DNA from: Minisyncoccota bacterium
Lineage (GTDB): Bacteria; Patescibacteriota; Minisyncoccia; Phycocordibacterales; UBA2100
Direction of reading: 5' to 3'
NCBI GenBank assembly: GCA_035559235.1
Contig: DATMBM010000004.1
Location: forward strand, 4,684 to 68,683
Length of the DNA stretch: 64,000 nucleotides
Every line of letters starts with the position of its first letter. Position 1 is the stretch's first letter. The translations under genes were made by a program, and so were the position numbers. Below, piece by piece: positions 16,091 to 24,853 of this stretch. The notes beneath the pieces were generated by a model. It saw nothing but the letters and a program-made list of their open reading frames with translations, made no database searches and was not told the origin of the DNA.

Positions 16091-17356
16091 TTAGCCCATT
16101 GATGAGAAGAGATGTTCAGCAATCCGGTCTGCGGCGCACGTCATTTCGTGGCCGGTTGCGAGGTTTTTGATCGTATATTGTCCCGTGTTTCGCTCTTTTT
16201 CACCGACGGCGATGATGAAGGGGATTTTCATTTTGTCTGCCTGGCGTATTTGATCGCCCAATTTCTTACCGGAAAAATTGACGGCCACCGCGATGTCTTC
16301 GCGACGCAAGTCGTGTGCAAGCTTCATGGCGTGCGACGTAGCGTCTTCTTCGACGATGCAGAGCATGAGTTCGGTCGTTGGCGTGTAGGAGGGGAGAAGA
16401 TTGTGCGTCTCGAGGAAATCGCGCAGGACGGCATCTCCCATCGCGAATCCGACCGTCGGGATCGGCTCGCCGCCGAAGATCGTGAGCAAATTGTCGTACC
16501 GGCCGCCGCCGGCGAGCGAACGCTTGTTTTCCCCCGACGTATCGAACAGTTCAAAGATCATGCCGGTGTAATAATCGAACCCGCGCGTGATTTTCGTATC
16601 GACGACCATGTTACCAATGCCCATCGAATGCAATAGTCCGCGCAACTTCTCAAGATACGCGGTTGAGGTCGTCGCATCGAGCTGCAGCAATAGGTCTTTC
16701 GCCTTGTCGCCAAGGATTCCTTCCAATTGCGATTCGAAATCCTCCATTTTCTCCCGGCGATCGAGCAGGCGGGTCGTCTTTGCGCGGAGATCGTCAGGGA
16801 TACCGCACGCGTCGTACGCCGCATCGAGAAGGCGCCGGTCGGAGACGCGGATTTCGAAATTGCGCTCGTCTGCGCCGAGGGAACGCATCGTGGCGTGAGC
16901 GAGCGCGATGATCTCGGCGTCCGCTTCGATTGCGGAGGAGCCTACAATATCGGCGTTGAGTTGCCAGAATTCGCGCATGCGCCCCTTTTGCATGCGCTCA
17001 TAGCGGAAAAAGTTGCCGATGGAATACCAGCGCGCGGGCATTGGGATTTCGCGGCTGCGCGCCGCGATCATGCGAGCGAACGTCGGGGTCATTTCGGGCC
17101 GCAGCGTCACTTCGCGCTCGCCGCGGTCGATAAAGGTGTAGCTTTGCTCGTTGATGATCTCGTCCGATGTCTTCGAGCGGTACAGTTCTGTCGGCTCAAG
17201 GATCGAGGCGTTGTATTCTTCGTAGCCGAACAATTCGCACGTGCGCGACATGTGTTCGAACATGTAGCGCTGGAAGAATTGGTCTTCCGGGTAGAAATCC
17301 CGCACGCCTTTGTACGGTTCGGTAGAAAGCTTGTGTTCCTTGGCCATACCAAGCAC
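16091..17356 (-). CDS. hisS: Histidyl-tRNA synthetase
   Basis: Class II motif 2 FRYERMQKGRMREFWQ, His-binding motif GGGRYDNL and a C-terminal anticodon-binding domain. GTG start. Confidence 0.9.
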   Translation of the reverse strand: MLGMAKEHKLSTEPYKGVRDFYPEDQFFQRYMFEHMSRTCELFGYEEYNASILEPTELYRSKTSDEIINEQSYTFIDRGEREVTLRPEMTPTFARMIAARSREIPMPARWYSIGNFFRYERMQKGRMREFWQLNADIVGSSAIEADAEIIALAHATMRSLGADERNFEIRVSDRRLLDAAYDACGIPDDLRAKTTRLLDRREKMEDFESQLEGILGDKAKDLLLQLDATTSTAYLEKLRGLLHSMGIGNMVVDTKITRGFDYYTGMIFELFDTSGENKRSLAGGGRYDNLLTIFGGEPIPTVGFAMGDAVLRDFLETHNLLPSYTPTTELMLCIVEEDATSHAMKLAHDLRREDIAVAVNFSGKKLGDQIRQADKMKIPFIIAVGEKERNTGQYTIKNLATGHEMTCAADRIAEHLFSSMG

Positions 17357-17357
17357 T

Positions 17358-18578
17358 CTAGTACGTCACCGGCAATTCGACAATAAAGGTTGAGCCCTTG
17401 CCGGGACCTTCTGATTCCGCCCAAATGCGACCGCCCTGCGCCTCCACGACCTGCTTTGCGATCGCGAGGCCGTAGCCGGTCGATTCAGGATTGATGCTTG
17501 ACGATTCTGCGCCCTTGCCGCCGGGCGTAAACAATCGCTCCATGTCTTCAGGAGAAAGGCCGACGCCGGTGTCGGCGACCGTCAGTCGCACGACGCTGGC
17601 GTTTTTCTCGACCGCGACCGCGATCGATCCTCCTGGCGTGTAATTGAGCGCGTTGTCGAGAAGATTCTTGATGACGAGACGGCTCATTTTTTCCGCGTCT
17701 CCGCGCACGACGCACGGGGAGGAAGCGTCGACGTTGAACGAGAGAGCTTTTTTCCGCGCGGCGACTTCATATCCGCGCGCCATGTCCCTCACGGTCGCGG
17801 CGAGATCGAACGGCTGCATTTCGATCGTCGTCTCACCCTGCAACAAATCCATCATTGCCTTCACGCCCTTGCGGGTCTCGGAAAGCGCCTGGCTCGCGAC
17901 CGACTTTACCATGCCGGGGTGGCGGTCGAAGCTGCCCTCGGCGATTTCGGCCAGTGCGGCGGCGTCTTTCGCCAAATAATTTTTCACTTCGTGGCTTACC
18001 ATGTGCAGCAGCTGCTTTTTCGATTCATTGTCGTCGAGCAGTTGCCTGAAGTGGTTTGCCTGCTCGAGGATGCGCGTGCGAATTTGCTCGGGGTGCGGAA
18101 TGCCTTCCATGCGTACATCGTTCTCGGGACTTGCCGTCTCGATAGTGACGGTGCCGAAATGCAAGAACGTTTCGAAAATATTCTCGGTCCGGACGGAAAT
18201 CTCCTGGATTTTTTCGAGGTCGAGCGTCGTGACTTTCCGGTTGAAGAGGTTGATCTGGTCGACGCTTATGATGCGCTGGTCCGTCACGGCCCACAGGTCG
18301 AGATAATAATTTGTCCACAAGACGGCAAGCGTGAGCCAAATGGCGAGAAGCCAAAGCGCGGAGAGAAGCGCGCCGAAGGGAATAAGAGCCGAGAGATCAA
18401 AGGGAATGGGGACGGTGAGCCCGATGATGCCGAAGAGAATAAATGGGAGAATGCCAAGGATCACCGTCGCGACAATATCGCGCACGAGGATAATCCAGTG
18501 CTTGCGAAGCTTCAGGAGCACTTTTTCGTTTTCGTGGATGTCGATCGGTACCATTTTAGTAGGCGATATGGATCGCAA
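17358..18578 (-). CDS. Two-component sensor histidine kinase. The true start is possibly the ATG at 18554.
   Basis: Two N-terminal TM helices, HisKA H-box (HEVKNYL) and HATPase_c G-boxes (DTGVGL…GTGLGLAIAK). Confidence 0.85.
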   Translation of the reverse strand: MRSISPTKMVPIDIHENEKVLLKLRKHWIILVRDIVATVILGILPFILFGIIGLTVPIPFDLSALIPFGALLSALWLLAIWLTLAVLWTNYYLDLWAVTDQRIISVDQINLFNRKVTTLDLEKIQEISVRTENIFETFLHFGTVTIETASPENDVRMEGIPHPEQIRTRILEQANHFRQLLDDNESKKQLLHMVSHEVKNYLAKDAAALAEIAEGSFDRHPGMVKSVASQALSETRKGVKAMMDLLQGETTIEMQPFDLAATVRDMARGYEVAARKKALSFNVDASSPCVVRGDAEKMSRLVIKNLLDNALNYTPGGSIAVAVEKNASVVRLTVADTGVGLSPEDMERLFTPGGKGAESSSINPESTGYGLAIAKQVVEAQGGRIWAESEGPGKGSTFIVELPVTY

Positions 18579-18783
18579 TCGTCGCCGCGAGGACGCCCGA
18601 GAGGAGGAAGCCGCTGACGATCGAATAGGTAATCAGTGCCGTCACCGCAGCTGGAGGATTCATGGCGTATCGGAACCAATGGTACGCAAGGATTGCGCCG
18701 AGAAGGACCGTCAGCGCGATGGCACCCAAAAAAATGGCCCACGCGACCGGCACGAGGAGCGCTCCAAGAGACGGGCCTTCCAT
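18556..18783 (-). CDS. Hypothetical small two-helix membrane protein
   Basis: 75-aa hydrophobic ORF (MEGPSLGALLVPVAWAIFLGAIALTVLL…). It overlaps the kinase start by about 20 nt. Confidence 0.3.
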   Translation of the reverse strand: MEGPSLGALLVPVAWAIFLGAIALTVLLGAILAYHWFRYAMNPPAAVTALITYSIVSGFLLSGVLAATIAIHIAY

Positions 18784-18867
18784 GAAGAGAGTATACCGCG
18801 GGATAGCCGCAGGAATACGACACGGATTTGTGGTTGTGGGAATAGTGTGATACTTACTATCATTGCT

Positions 18868-19317
18868 ATGCGCACCGACGACTTGCAAATCTATCCCCGC
18901 TTTGAAGTACGGGAGGGACGCCCCGGCACCGGTCTTGGGCTGTTTGCCAAAATTCCTTTCCAGAAGGGCGACTTTTTACTTGAATACACGGGGAAGAAAA
19001 TCCCGACGGTCGTTGCGGATGAAAGCGACAGCGAGTACCTGTTTGAAATAAACGCAGACTGGACGATCGACGGACCGCCGGAAATCAATCTTGCCGGCTA
19101 CATCAACCATGATTGTCATCCGAACACTGAATCAGACATCGTGGACGGAAGAATCATCATCGAGGCGATACGCGACATCGCTGCGGGGGAGGAGCTGACG
19201 ATCGACTACGGCAATGAATATTTTGACGAATTCATCAGGCCGAAGGGATGCAAGTGTGCGTCGTGTGAACGCGGGCTGCCATCGCCGCATTATGCAAATC
19301 GCGCTCAAGCGGACTAG
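18868..19317 (+). CDS. SET-domain protein (putative protein-lysine methyltransferase)
   Basis: SET signature motifs GLGLFA, NHDCHPN and ELTIDYG, plus a Cys-rich post-SET region (CKCASCERG). A TACTAT hexamer lies 7 nt upstream of the ATG. Confidence 0.7.
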   Translation: MRTDDLQIYPRFEVREGRPGTGLGLFAKIPFQKGDFLLEYTGKKIPTVVADESDSEYLFEINADWTIDGPPEINLAGYINHDCHPNTESDIVDGRIIIEAIRDIAAGEELTIDYGNEYFDEFIRPKGCKCASCERGLPSPHYANRAQAD

Positions 19318-19835
19318 CGGATAAGCGTGTCAACAAACGATCCTAGCGCGTACGCGATTGCCGCTGCGACCCCGCCAACAAGGAGCATTTCAAGTCCCGC
19401 GACAAACGCGTTCTTTTTTATCACGAGGGAGCGTGCTGAACCCACGACGAAGAACGCTGCTGCCGTAGCAATGGATGAGACGACGAAAGCATTCTCTGCT
19501 GCCGCGGGGACGAAAAAGGGGATGAGCGGCAGCGCGCCGGCGATGACAAACGAAACAAAGGTGACGACGCCGTCGGCAAATGGATTGCGATCGTGAGCTT
19601 CCGAGCCTTGTGCCGCGACGGCCTGTTCCGAGCGCATGGAAAGATATGCTGACGCGCCCATGGAAAAGCCGTCGGCGACGAGATTTGCGATCCCAAGAAT
19701 GATAATGATGGTCGCGCTTACACCAGCGCCTGCAGCCGCGGCAACAACGGCAAACGTCGTGATGATCCCGTCGTTGGCGCCATAGACGATGTCGCCGATG
19801 TAGTACGCGAGACGCGAGCGAGCGGTTCGTGGCAT
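19314..19835 (-). CDS. VIT1/CCC1-family Fe/Mn transporter (small form)
   Basis: GANDG motif (YGANDGIITTF) and multiple TM helices. An extended -10 box TGcTAGACT (19842-19850) sits 6 nt upstream of the ATG. Confidence 0.7.
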   Translation of the reverse strand: MPRTARSRLAYYIGDIVYGANDGIITTFAVVAAAAGAGVSATIIIILGIANLVADGFSMGASAYLSMRSEQAVAAQGSEAHDRNPFADGVVTFVSFVIAGALPLIPFFVPAAAENAFVVSSIATAAAFFVVGSARSLVIKKNAFVAGLEMLLVGGVAAAIAYALGSFVDTLIR

Positions 19836-19856
19836 GGTGGCAGTCTAGCATATGCG

Positions 19857-19865
19857 TGCTATACT
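19857..19865 (+). promoter_or_regulatory. Extended -10 box TGcTATACT, 7 nt upstream of the ATG at 19873. It is divergent from a TAGACT box that serves the minus-strand VIT gene.
   Basis: The sequence reads gcgTGcTATACTttcgcgcATG. Confidence 0.4.
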
Positions 19866-19872
19866 TTCGCGC

Positions 19873-20253
19873 ATGAAAGGACGCGGCGTCACCATTTTTT
19901 GGATCGTTATCGGTGTATTAATCGTCGGAGGGTTTGCGGTCTCAGCGTACATGCGCACGTTGCCCGGCGAGTACGACGGGCTTGCGCAATGTTTGAAAGA
20001 CAAGGGCGCCGTGTTTTATGGCGCGTTTTGGTGCCCGCACTGCCAAACGCAAAAGCAAATGTTCGGCCGCTCGGCCGACCTTCTGCCGTACGTGGAGTGT
20101 TCAAATCCTGACGGACAGTCGCAAACGCAAGTGTGCATCGACAAAGGCGTCCAGCAGTATCCGACATGGGAATTTGCGGACGGCTCGCGTCTGACGGGCG
20201 AGCAAGAGCCTGCGGCGCTTGCCGAAAAAGCAGGATGCGCGCTTCCTGAATAG
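19873..20253 (+). CDS. Membrane-anchored thioredoxin-like protein with a CPHC active site (BdbD/DsbA-like partner of DsbB)
   Basis: N-terminal TM helix and the motif FYGAFWCPHCQTQKQMF. Start chosen at the second ATG on promoter-spacing grounds. Confidence 0.65.
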   Translation: MKGRGVTIFWIVIGVLIVGGFAVSAYMRTLPGEYDGLAQCLKDKGAVFYGAFWCPHCQTQKQMFGRSADLLPYVECSNPDGQSQTQVCIDKGVQQYPTWEFADGSRLTGEQEPAALAEKAGCALPE

Positions 20254-20259
20254 GAGACT

Positions 20260-20793
20260 ATGGGTCTCTTTGTTACGAACCTCTATCTTGGCTACGCCGC
20301 CCTCGGACTCCAAATTGCGACTATCGCGCTGCTTGCTGTATTCGTTGTAAGGGCGCGTTTTGAGACGTTTACAAAGCTTGCCACGATTGTCGGCAGATGG
20401 GGCCTGTGGCTTGGGTTTGCCGCAGCGTTGTTTGCAGCGCTCGCCAATCAGTATTACAACCAAGTCCTCGAGATTCCTCCGTGCGATCTGTGTTGGTGGG
20501 GGCGTATTTTCTTGTACCCGCAGATCATTCTCCTCGGTATGGCCGCATGGAAACGTGACAGCTATATGGCTGAATATTCCATCGTTCTCTCAGTGATCGG
20601 CGCCGGGATTTCCCTGTACCATCATTTTCTGCAGATGTTCCCGGATTCGCTCCCGTGCCCGGCGACGGGTGTTTCTTGTGCGCAGCGTTTCCTGTTCGAG
20701 TTTGGCTACATCACATATCCGTTGATGGCGTTCTCGCTCTTTGCGTTCTTGATCATCGTGATGCTTTTTGTTCGCGCTCGACGTGGGATGTAA
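20260..20793 (+). CDS. DsbB/BdbC-family disulfide bond formation protein B
   Basis: Four TM helices with periplasmic Cys pairs (PPCDLCWW and CPATGVSC), as in DsbB/BdbC. AGGAG Shine-Dalgarno upstream. Confidence 0.7.
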   Translation: MGLFVTNLYLGYAALGLQIATIALLAVFVVRARFETFTKLATIVGRWGLWLGFAAALFAALANQYYNQVLEIPPCDLCWWGRIFLYPQIILLGMAAWKRDSYMAEYSIVLSVIGAGISLYHHFLQMFPDSLPCPATGVSCAQRFLFEFGYITYPLMAFSLFAFLIIVMLFVRARRGM

Positions 20794-21310
20794 AAGCGGT
20801 GAGGAATTTTCGGAGTACCTGTGTTGTTTTTTCGTCCGACAGATTGAGATCGTCGTCAAATTTCTTCGATGATTCGCTGCAATAGAATTCCGGCTGGCCC
20901 ATCGTGCGTGCATTGAAGTAGCTCATCACGCGCCGGACGTCGAATTGCGCGAGATTTGCCCCGCGAAGTCCCGATGACGCGCCGATAATCCCCACGGGCT
21001 TCAGTTCCCACGGCAACGGTTCGTCTTCCGGCCGCGACGACCAGTCGAGAAAATTTTTCATGGGCGCAGCTGGGGTGCGGTTAAATTCCGGTACGGCGAG
21101 AAGCACACCGTCAGCCGCGCGTATGTTCTCGCGGAGCGTCTTCGCCGTCTCAGGATACGCCGCGTCCTCAAGATCCTGGTTGTAGATTGGAAGCATCGAA
21201 ATGTCGAGTATTTCAATACCCATCTCCGGTGCGAGTTTTTGTGCCGCGCGCAGGAGCGCGGTATTGTACGAACGTTTGCGCAGGCTTCCGGAGACCGCCA
21301 CCACGTGCAT
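20753..21310 (-). CDS. NAD(P)H-dependent FMN reductase (flavodoxin-like fold)
   Basis: MHVVAVSGSLRKRSYN… resembles the SsuE/ArsH-like FMN_red family. A TATACT box sits 6 nt upstream of the ATG (21317-21322, minus strand). Confidence 0.7.
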   Translation of the reverse strand: MHVVAVSGSLRKRSYNTALLRAAQKLAPEMGIEILDISMLPIYNQDLEDAAYPETAKTLRENIRAADGVLLAVPEFNRTPAAPMKNFLDWSSRPEDEPLPWELKPVGIIGASSGLRGANLAQFDVRRVMSYFNARTMGQPEFYCSESSKKFDDDLNLSDEKTTQVLRKFLTAFTSHVEREQKASR

Positions 21311-21326
21311 GGGGCGAGTATAGCAT

Positions 21327-22973
21327 TTAGTGCTTTTTGATCATGTATTTCTCGATATCCGCGAACGTTCCGCCCACCTTCTTGCCCGGATTGAAGATAT
21401 TTTGCGGATCGAAGATGCGTTTAACCTCGGCAAACAGCTGCACCATCTTCATCCCGAACATTTGCTCAAGGTAAGGTGTCCGGATAATGCCGTCGTTATG
21501 CTCTCCGGTTGACGAGCCGCCATACGCGAACACAAGGTCATACACTTTTGGCGTCAGTTCAAGGATCATGTTTCTCGCGCGCTCGTCGTTCAAATTGACA
21601 AGGGGGATGATATGGAAATTTCCGTTTCCGACGTGGCCCGCAATCGTATAGATGAGATCGTACTTCCCGAGCAGTTCGTAGAGAGCGGGGAGGAATTCGG
21701 CGTAGGTTGACGGAGGCACGACGAAATCGTCGATAAACGGCGATGCGTATAAGCCCTTCAGGTTTTTCCGGAGCAGGGCGAAGCTTTCATGGCGGATCGT
21801 CCAGTATTTCTTCTCCATCTCCCCGAACGCGAGCCTTGTTTTGACGGGAAGATCGCCCAGATCGTGGCGAATTTCTCGCACTTTATCTCTGGCCGCCTCG
21901 GGTGAATCTTCGGCGAATTCAGCCATGAGGACCAATTTGGGGACACCGCCCGTCACGACCATCCACAGCTCCGGAATGAATGCGAGCCCGAGACGGATCG
22001 TCTCGAGGAATCCAAAATGCCCGATGATTTGCGGCATGAATTTGACCGCAAGGCGGAATGTCTGGTCGTCATAACTTTCGAACGACTCCGGATCATGCTT
22101 CATGATCCGATTGACGATTTCTGGTAGGAGAGCGATATCCGTCAGGAACGCAACCACCATGGCCCGATGTTCTTTGAGCCGTACGGTTTTCATGCGCGCT
22201 TTGGTAACGAGGCACAACGTCCCCTGTGAGCCGACGACTAGTTTTGTAAGATCAAAGGTTCCTTTTTTCTCATCTATCACGTCCCACAGCGCGTATCCCG
22301 CGGAATTTTTCGAAACCTTCGGCCGAGCGGCCTCAATCACGTCCTCGTGTTCGAGAATGAGGTCGTGGACAGCGCGGTAGATGGAGCCCTCGAGCGTCTG
22401 CTCACTTTCCTTTTGTGCTAATTCGGACTGCGAAAGCGGACGAAATACTGCTGCGGAACCATCAGAAAGGACCACGTCCAGTTCCTCAACATAACGGTCG
22501 GTCTTCCCGTAGTGGAGCGTCAATTCGCCTCCGGAATTGTTCGCAATCATGCCGCCGAGCGCGCAGATGTCACGGGACGCAGGGAAGGAAGGTATCAGCG
22601 CATGTGCCTTTTCAAGAGTCTGAGCCTCCAAGTCGCGGTAAAAAACACCCGGCTCAGCTACGACATAATCGGAACCGACGTCGTAGACGCGATTCATGTG
22701 CTTCGTGAACGAGAGGACAATCGAGTCCGTAAGCGGTCCACCGCTCATGTCCGTTCCGGCAGAACGCGCCGCAATCGCAACATGCTCTCCACGCATTCGT
22801 GCCGCATGCACGTACTGCACAACCGCGGCAACATCCGATGCGTCTTTAGGGAAAACAACTATCGAAGGTTGACGTTCGAATATGCTCGTGTCGCGGCTGA
22901 AGGTGCGAAGCGTCGCTACATCATCCGCGATTTCACCCTTAATAAGGGATGCTAGATCGGCCTGAAGCGACAT
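21327..22973 (-). CDS. FAD-linked oxidase (GlcD/D-lactate dehydrogenase-like)
   Basis: FAD-binding PCMH domain (AARSAGTDMSGG) plus a C-terminal FAD-oxidase domain. A TATACT box sits 6 nt upstream of the ATG (22980-22985, minus strand). Confidence 0.8.
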   Translation of the reverse strand: MSLQADLASLIKGEIADDVATLRTFSRDTSIFERQPSIVVFPKDASDVAAVVQYVHAARMRGEHVAIAARSAGTDMSGGPLTDSIVLSFTKHMNRVYDVGSDYVVAEPGVFYRDLEAQTLEKAHALIPSFPASRDICALGGMIANNSGGELTLHYGKTDRYVEELDVVLSDGSAAVFRPLSQSELAQKESEQTLEGSIYRAVHDLILEHEDVIEAARPKVSKNSAGYALWDVIDEKKGTFDLTKLVVGSQGTLCLVTKARMKTVRLKEHRAMVVAFLTDIALLPEIVNRIMKHDPESFESYDDQTFRLAVKFMPQIIGHFGFLETIRLGLAFIPELWMVVTGGVPKLVLMAEFAEDSPEAARDKVREIRHDLGDLPVKTRLAFGEMEKKYWTIRHESFALLRKNLKGLYASPFIDDFVVPPSTYAEFLPALYELLGKYDLIYTIAGHVGNGNFHIIPLVNLNDERARNMILELTPKVYDLVFAYGGSSTGEHNDGIIRTPYLEQMFGMKMVQLFAEVKRIFDPQNIFNPGKKVGGTFADIEKYMIKKH

Positions 22974-23299
22974 CGAATCAGTATAGCGTGCTGCGGGTAC
23001 ACCTTGCGTAACAGAGGCGTTTATTGTGCAACCCGCTTTTTTGGTGGCGCATAAGACGCCATAACACTAAAGGACGCCATGTCTTATAATAGCATCTGTC
23101 CGTCACAATGTGACATTTTTAACGTACAAATTCATAAAGGACACTTTAGGATTTACTTCAATAAGGTCATTTTAAGGACGTCCGTTATATCACGGCATGG
23201 TTTGGCAGCACTGGCTATATTGACGCATTTGTGTGTCCTTATATCGTGTTCGCAGTCTTGATTGTTCACCCGACATTACACACTTTTAAACAGACATGT

Positions 23300-24283
23300 A
23301 TGAAGCTCAACAGATTAGAAATTGCTGGAATTTTTTCTGCCGTTGTACTGGTGATCCTCGCGGGCGTATTTTTCGCGGGGCAAGTCGTGCACGCGGATGA
23401 AAATTTAACCCCGGTTGACCCATGTGAGGACATTTTTCCCAGTGTTCCGGGAATGCCCGGCTGTGACGAATCAGGCGGTGGAAACGATGATGAGAGCCAG
23501 GGCGGGAACGAAACACCAGTAGATCCATGTGAAGACATTTTCCCGAATATCCCGAACATGCCTGAGTGCGAAGGAGGCGATGATGGAGGAAGTGGTGGAG
23601 GAGAGACTGACCTCTGCCCGAATGACGAAGGTGTTCAAACATCTACACCGTGCCCGTCTGACGAGGACGATGAAGGCTCTGAGGGCGGCTCGTCAGGTGG
23701 CGGAGGCAGCGGCAGCAGTGGCGGAGGGGGTGGTAGTGGCAGCGGGGGGTCTGGCGGCGGATCTGTCCTCGGCGCATCCACAGGCGGCGGCCTGAGCTGC
23801 GAATATCTGACCGGCTTTATCAAGCCTGGCAGCAAGAACGATTTCTTCCAAGTTGCCCGACTCCAGGCTTTCCTCAAGGTCTTCGAAGGGGCAAGTGTTC
23901 AGGTGAATGGCACGTACGATGCGGCGTCTATCGCAGCGGTACACGCCTTCCAGACCAAGTATGCGTCTGAAATCCTTACGCCCTGGGGCGTCTCACGATC
24001 AACCGGGTATGTCTATCTCACGACCCGAAAAAAAGTGAACGAGATCTATTGCGACCGCAATTTCTCCTTCCCGCTTACCGAAGAAGAGCAACAGATCATC
24101 GAGCACAAGAAGTCGGCTCCGACGTCTGTTGTGCGCCCGGCGCAGCCTCGAGTGCAGCCTCAGGCACCTGCGGCACCACAACAGCCAGAGACGGAAGAGC
24201 GCGAAGAGGAGACGCCGGTCGTGAATACACCGACCAGCTCATTTACCGACTTTTTCCGACGGTTGTTTGAGCGATTCCGATAG
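23300..24283 (+). CDS. Secreted Gly/Ser/Asp-rich protein with a C-terminal peptidoglycan-binding-like domain
   Basis: Signal anchor (MKLNRLEIAGIFSAVVLVILAGVFFAG). Two copies of the repeat TPVDPCEDIFP(S/N)(V/I)P(G/N)MP(G/E)C, then a poly-GS stretch. The C-terminus (…VARLQAFLKVFEG…VNGTYDAASIAAVHAFQTKYASEILTPWGVSRSTGYVYLTTRKKVN) resembles PG_binding_1. Confidence 0.6.
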   Translation: MKLNRLEIAGIFSAVVLVILAGVFFAGQVVHADENLTPVDPCEDIFPSVPGMPGCDESGGGNDDESQGGNETPVDPCEDIFPNIPNMPECEGGDDGGSGGGETDLCPNDEGVQTSTPCPSDEDDEGSEGGSSGGGGSGSSGGGGGSGSGGSGGGSVLGASTGGGLSCEYLTGFIKPGSKNDFFQVARLQAFLKVFEGASVQVNGTYDAASIAAVHAFQTKYASEILTPWGVSRSTGYVYLTTRKKVNEIYCDRNFSFPLTEEEQQIIEHKKSAPTSVVRPAQPRVQPQAPAAPQQPETEEREEETPVVNTPTSSFTDFFRRLFERFR

Positions 24284-24304
24284 AAGCACGTGATCTTTAG
24301 AAAA

Positions 24305-24385
24305 GGAGCCGGAGCGGGTCCGAGGCAGACAGCTTTACGCTGGTTTCCCTACTGTCTTGGGCCCACTCCGGCTCCTTTTCTTTTG
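24305..24385 (+). terminator. Long stem-loop terminator
   Basis: GGAGCCGGAGCGGGTCC … GGGCCCACTCCGGCTCC followed by TTTTCTTTTGG. Confidence 0.5.
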
Positions 24386-24853
24386 GGGCAGCCATTGCTC
24401 GCTGTGATATGCCTTGTTTGTGCGACACATTGACTCACTCCGTACTTTGTATCGAATTGTTATCCACAGTAGCAAATACGTTGACTTCCTACTGAGACAC
24501 GAGATAATTCGCGCAATCAGTACGCAGAGGGGGCGTACCGAGAAATAAAGGGAACCAGCGAAAAGGGAAACCAGCGATGTAAGTCGCATGGTTTATTTTA
24601 TTTCTCACTCCGGTTTTGTTGCGCCGAACGCGTCACACGCGTGCGGCGTTTTTGCGTTTGTTCGGATGAGAGGGATCGCGTGAAGTGTACGGTGCGATCC
24701 CCCTCCCCGGGGGGACCGCGCCGTGGACTGCACGGGGGTTTAGCGGCCCAGACGAGTCCACCAGGTCGAACCTCAGCATTGCGCCATCCGTACGGGGGCG
24801 GAATGAGGAGATTAGTAGGGAACTTTATAAGAAATTCTAAATTCACACAGACT

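Noticed and set aside
16727-18617. Plus-strand ORFs of about 220-230 aa antisense to hisS and the histidine kinase
   Set aside because: They are antisense to genes with clear class II aaRS and HisKA/HATPase motifs.
18331-19317. Longest ORF 18331-19317 (328 aa) containing the SET domain
   Set aside because: The first about 180 residues overlap the kinase gene on the opposite strand and are Arg-rich low-complexity. The SET homology begins at the internal Met 18868, which also has a -10 box at leaderless spacing.
24386-24853. Considered tmRNA, SRP RNA or 6S RNA in the long GC-rich gap
   Set aside because: I could not find the tmRNA tag or acceptor features, nor the SRP domain IV consensus, by eye. 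Reported only as an unexplained structured region.
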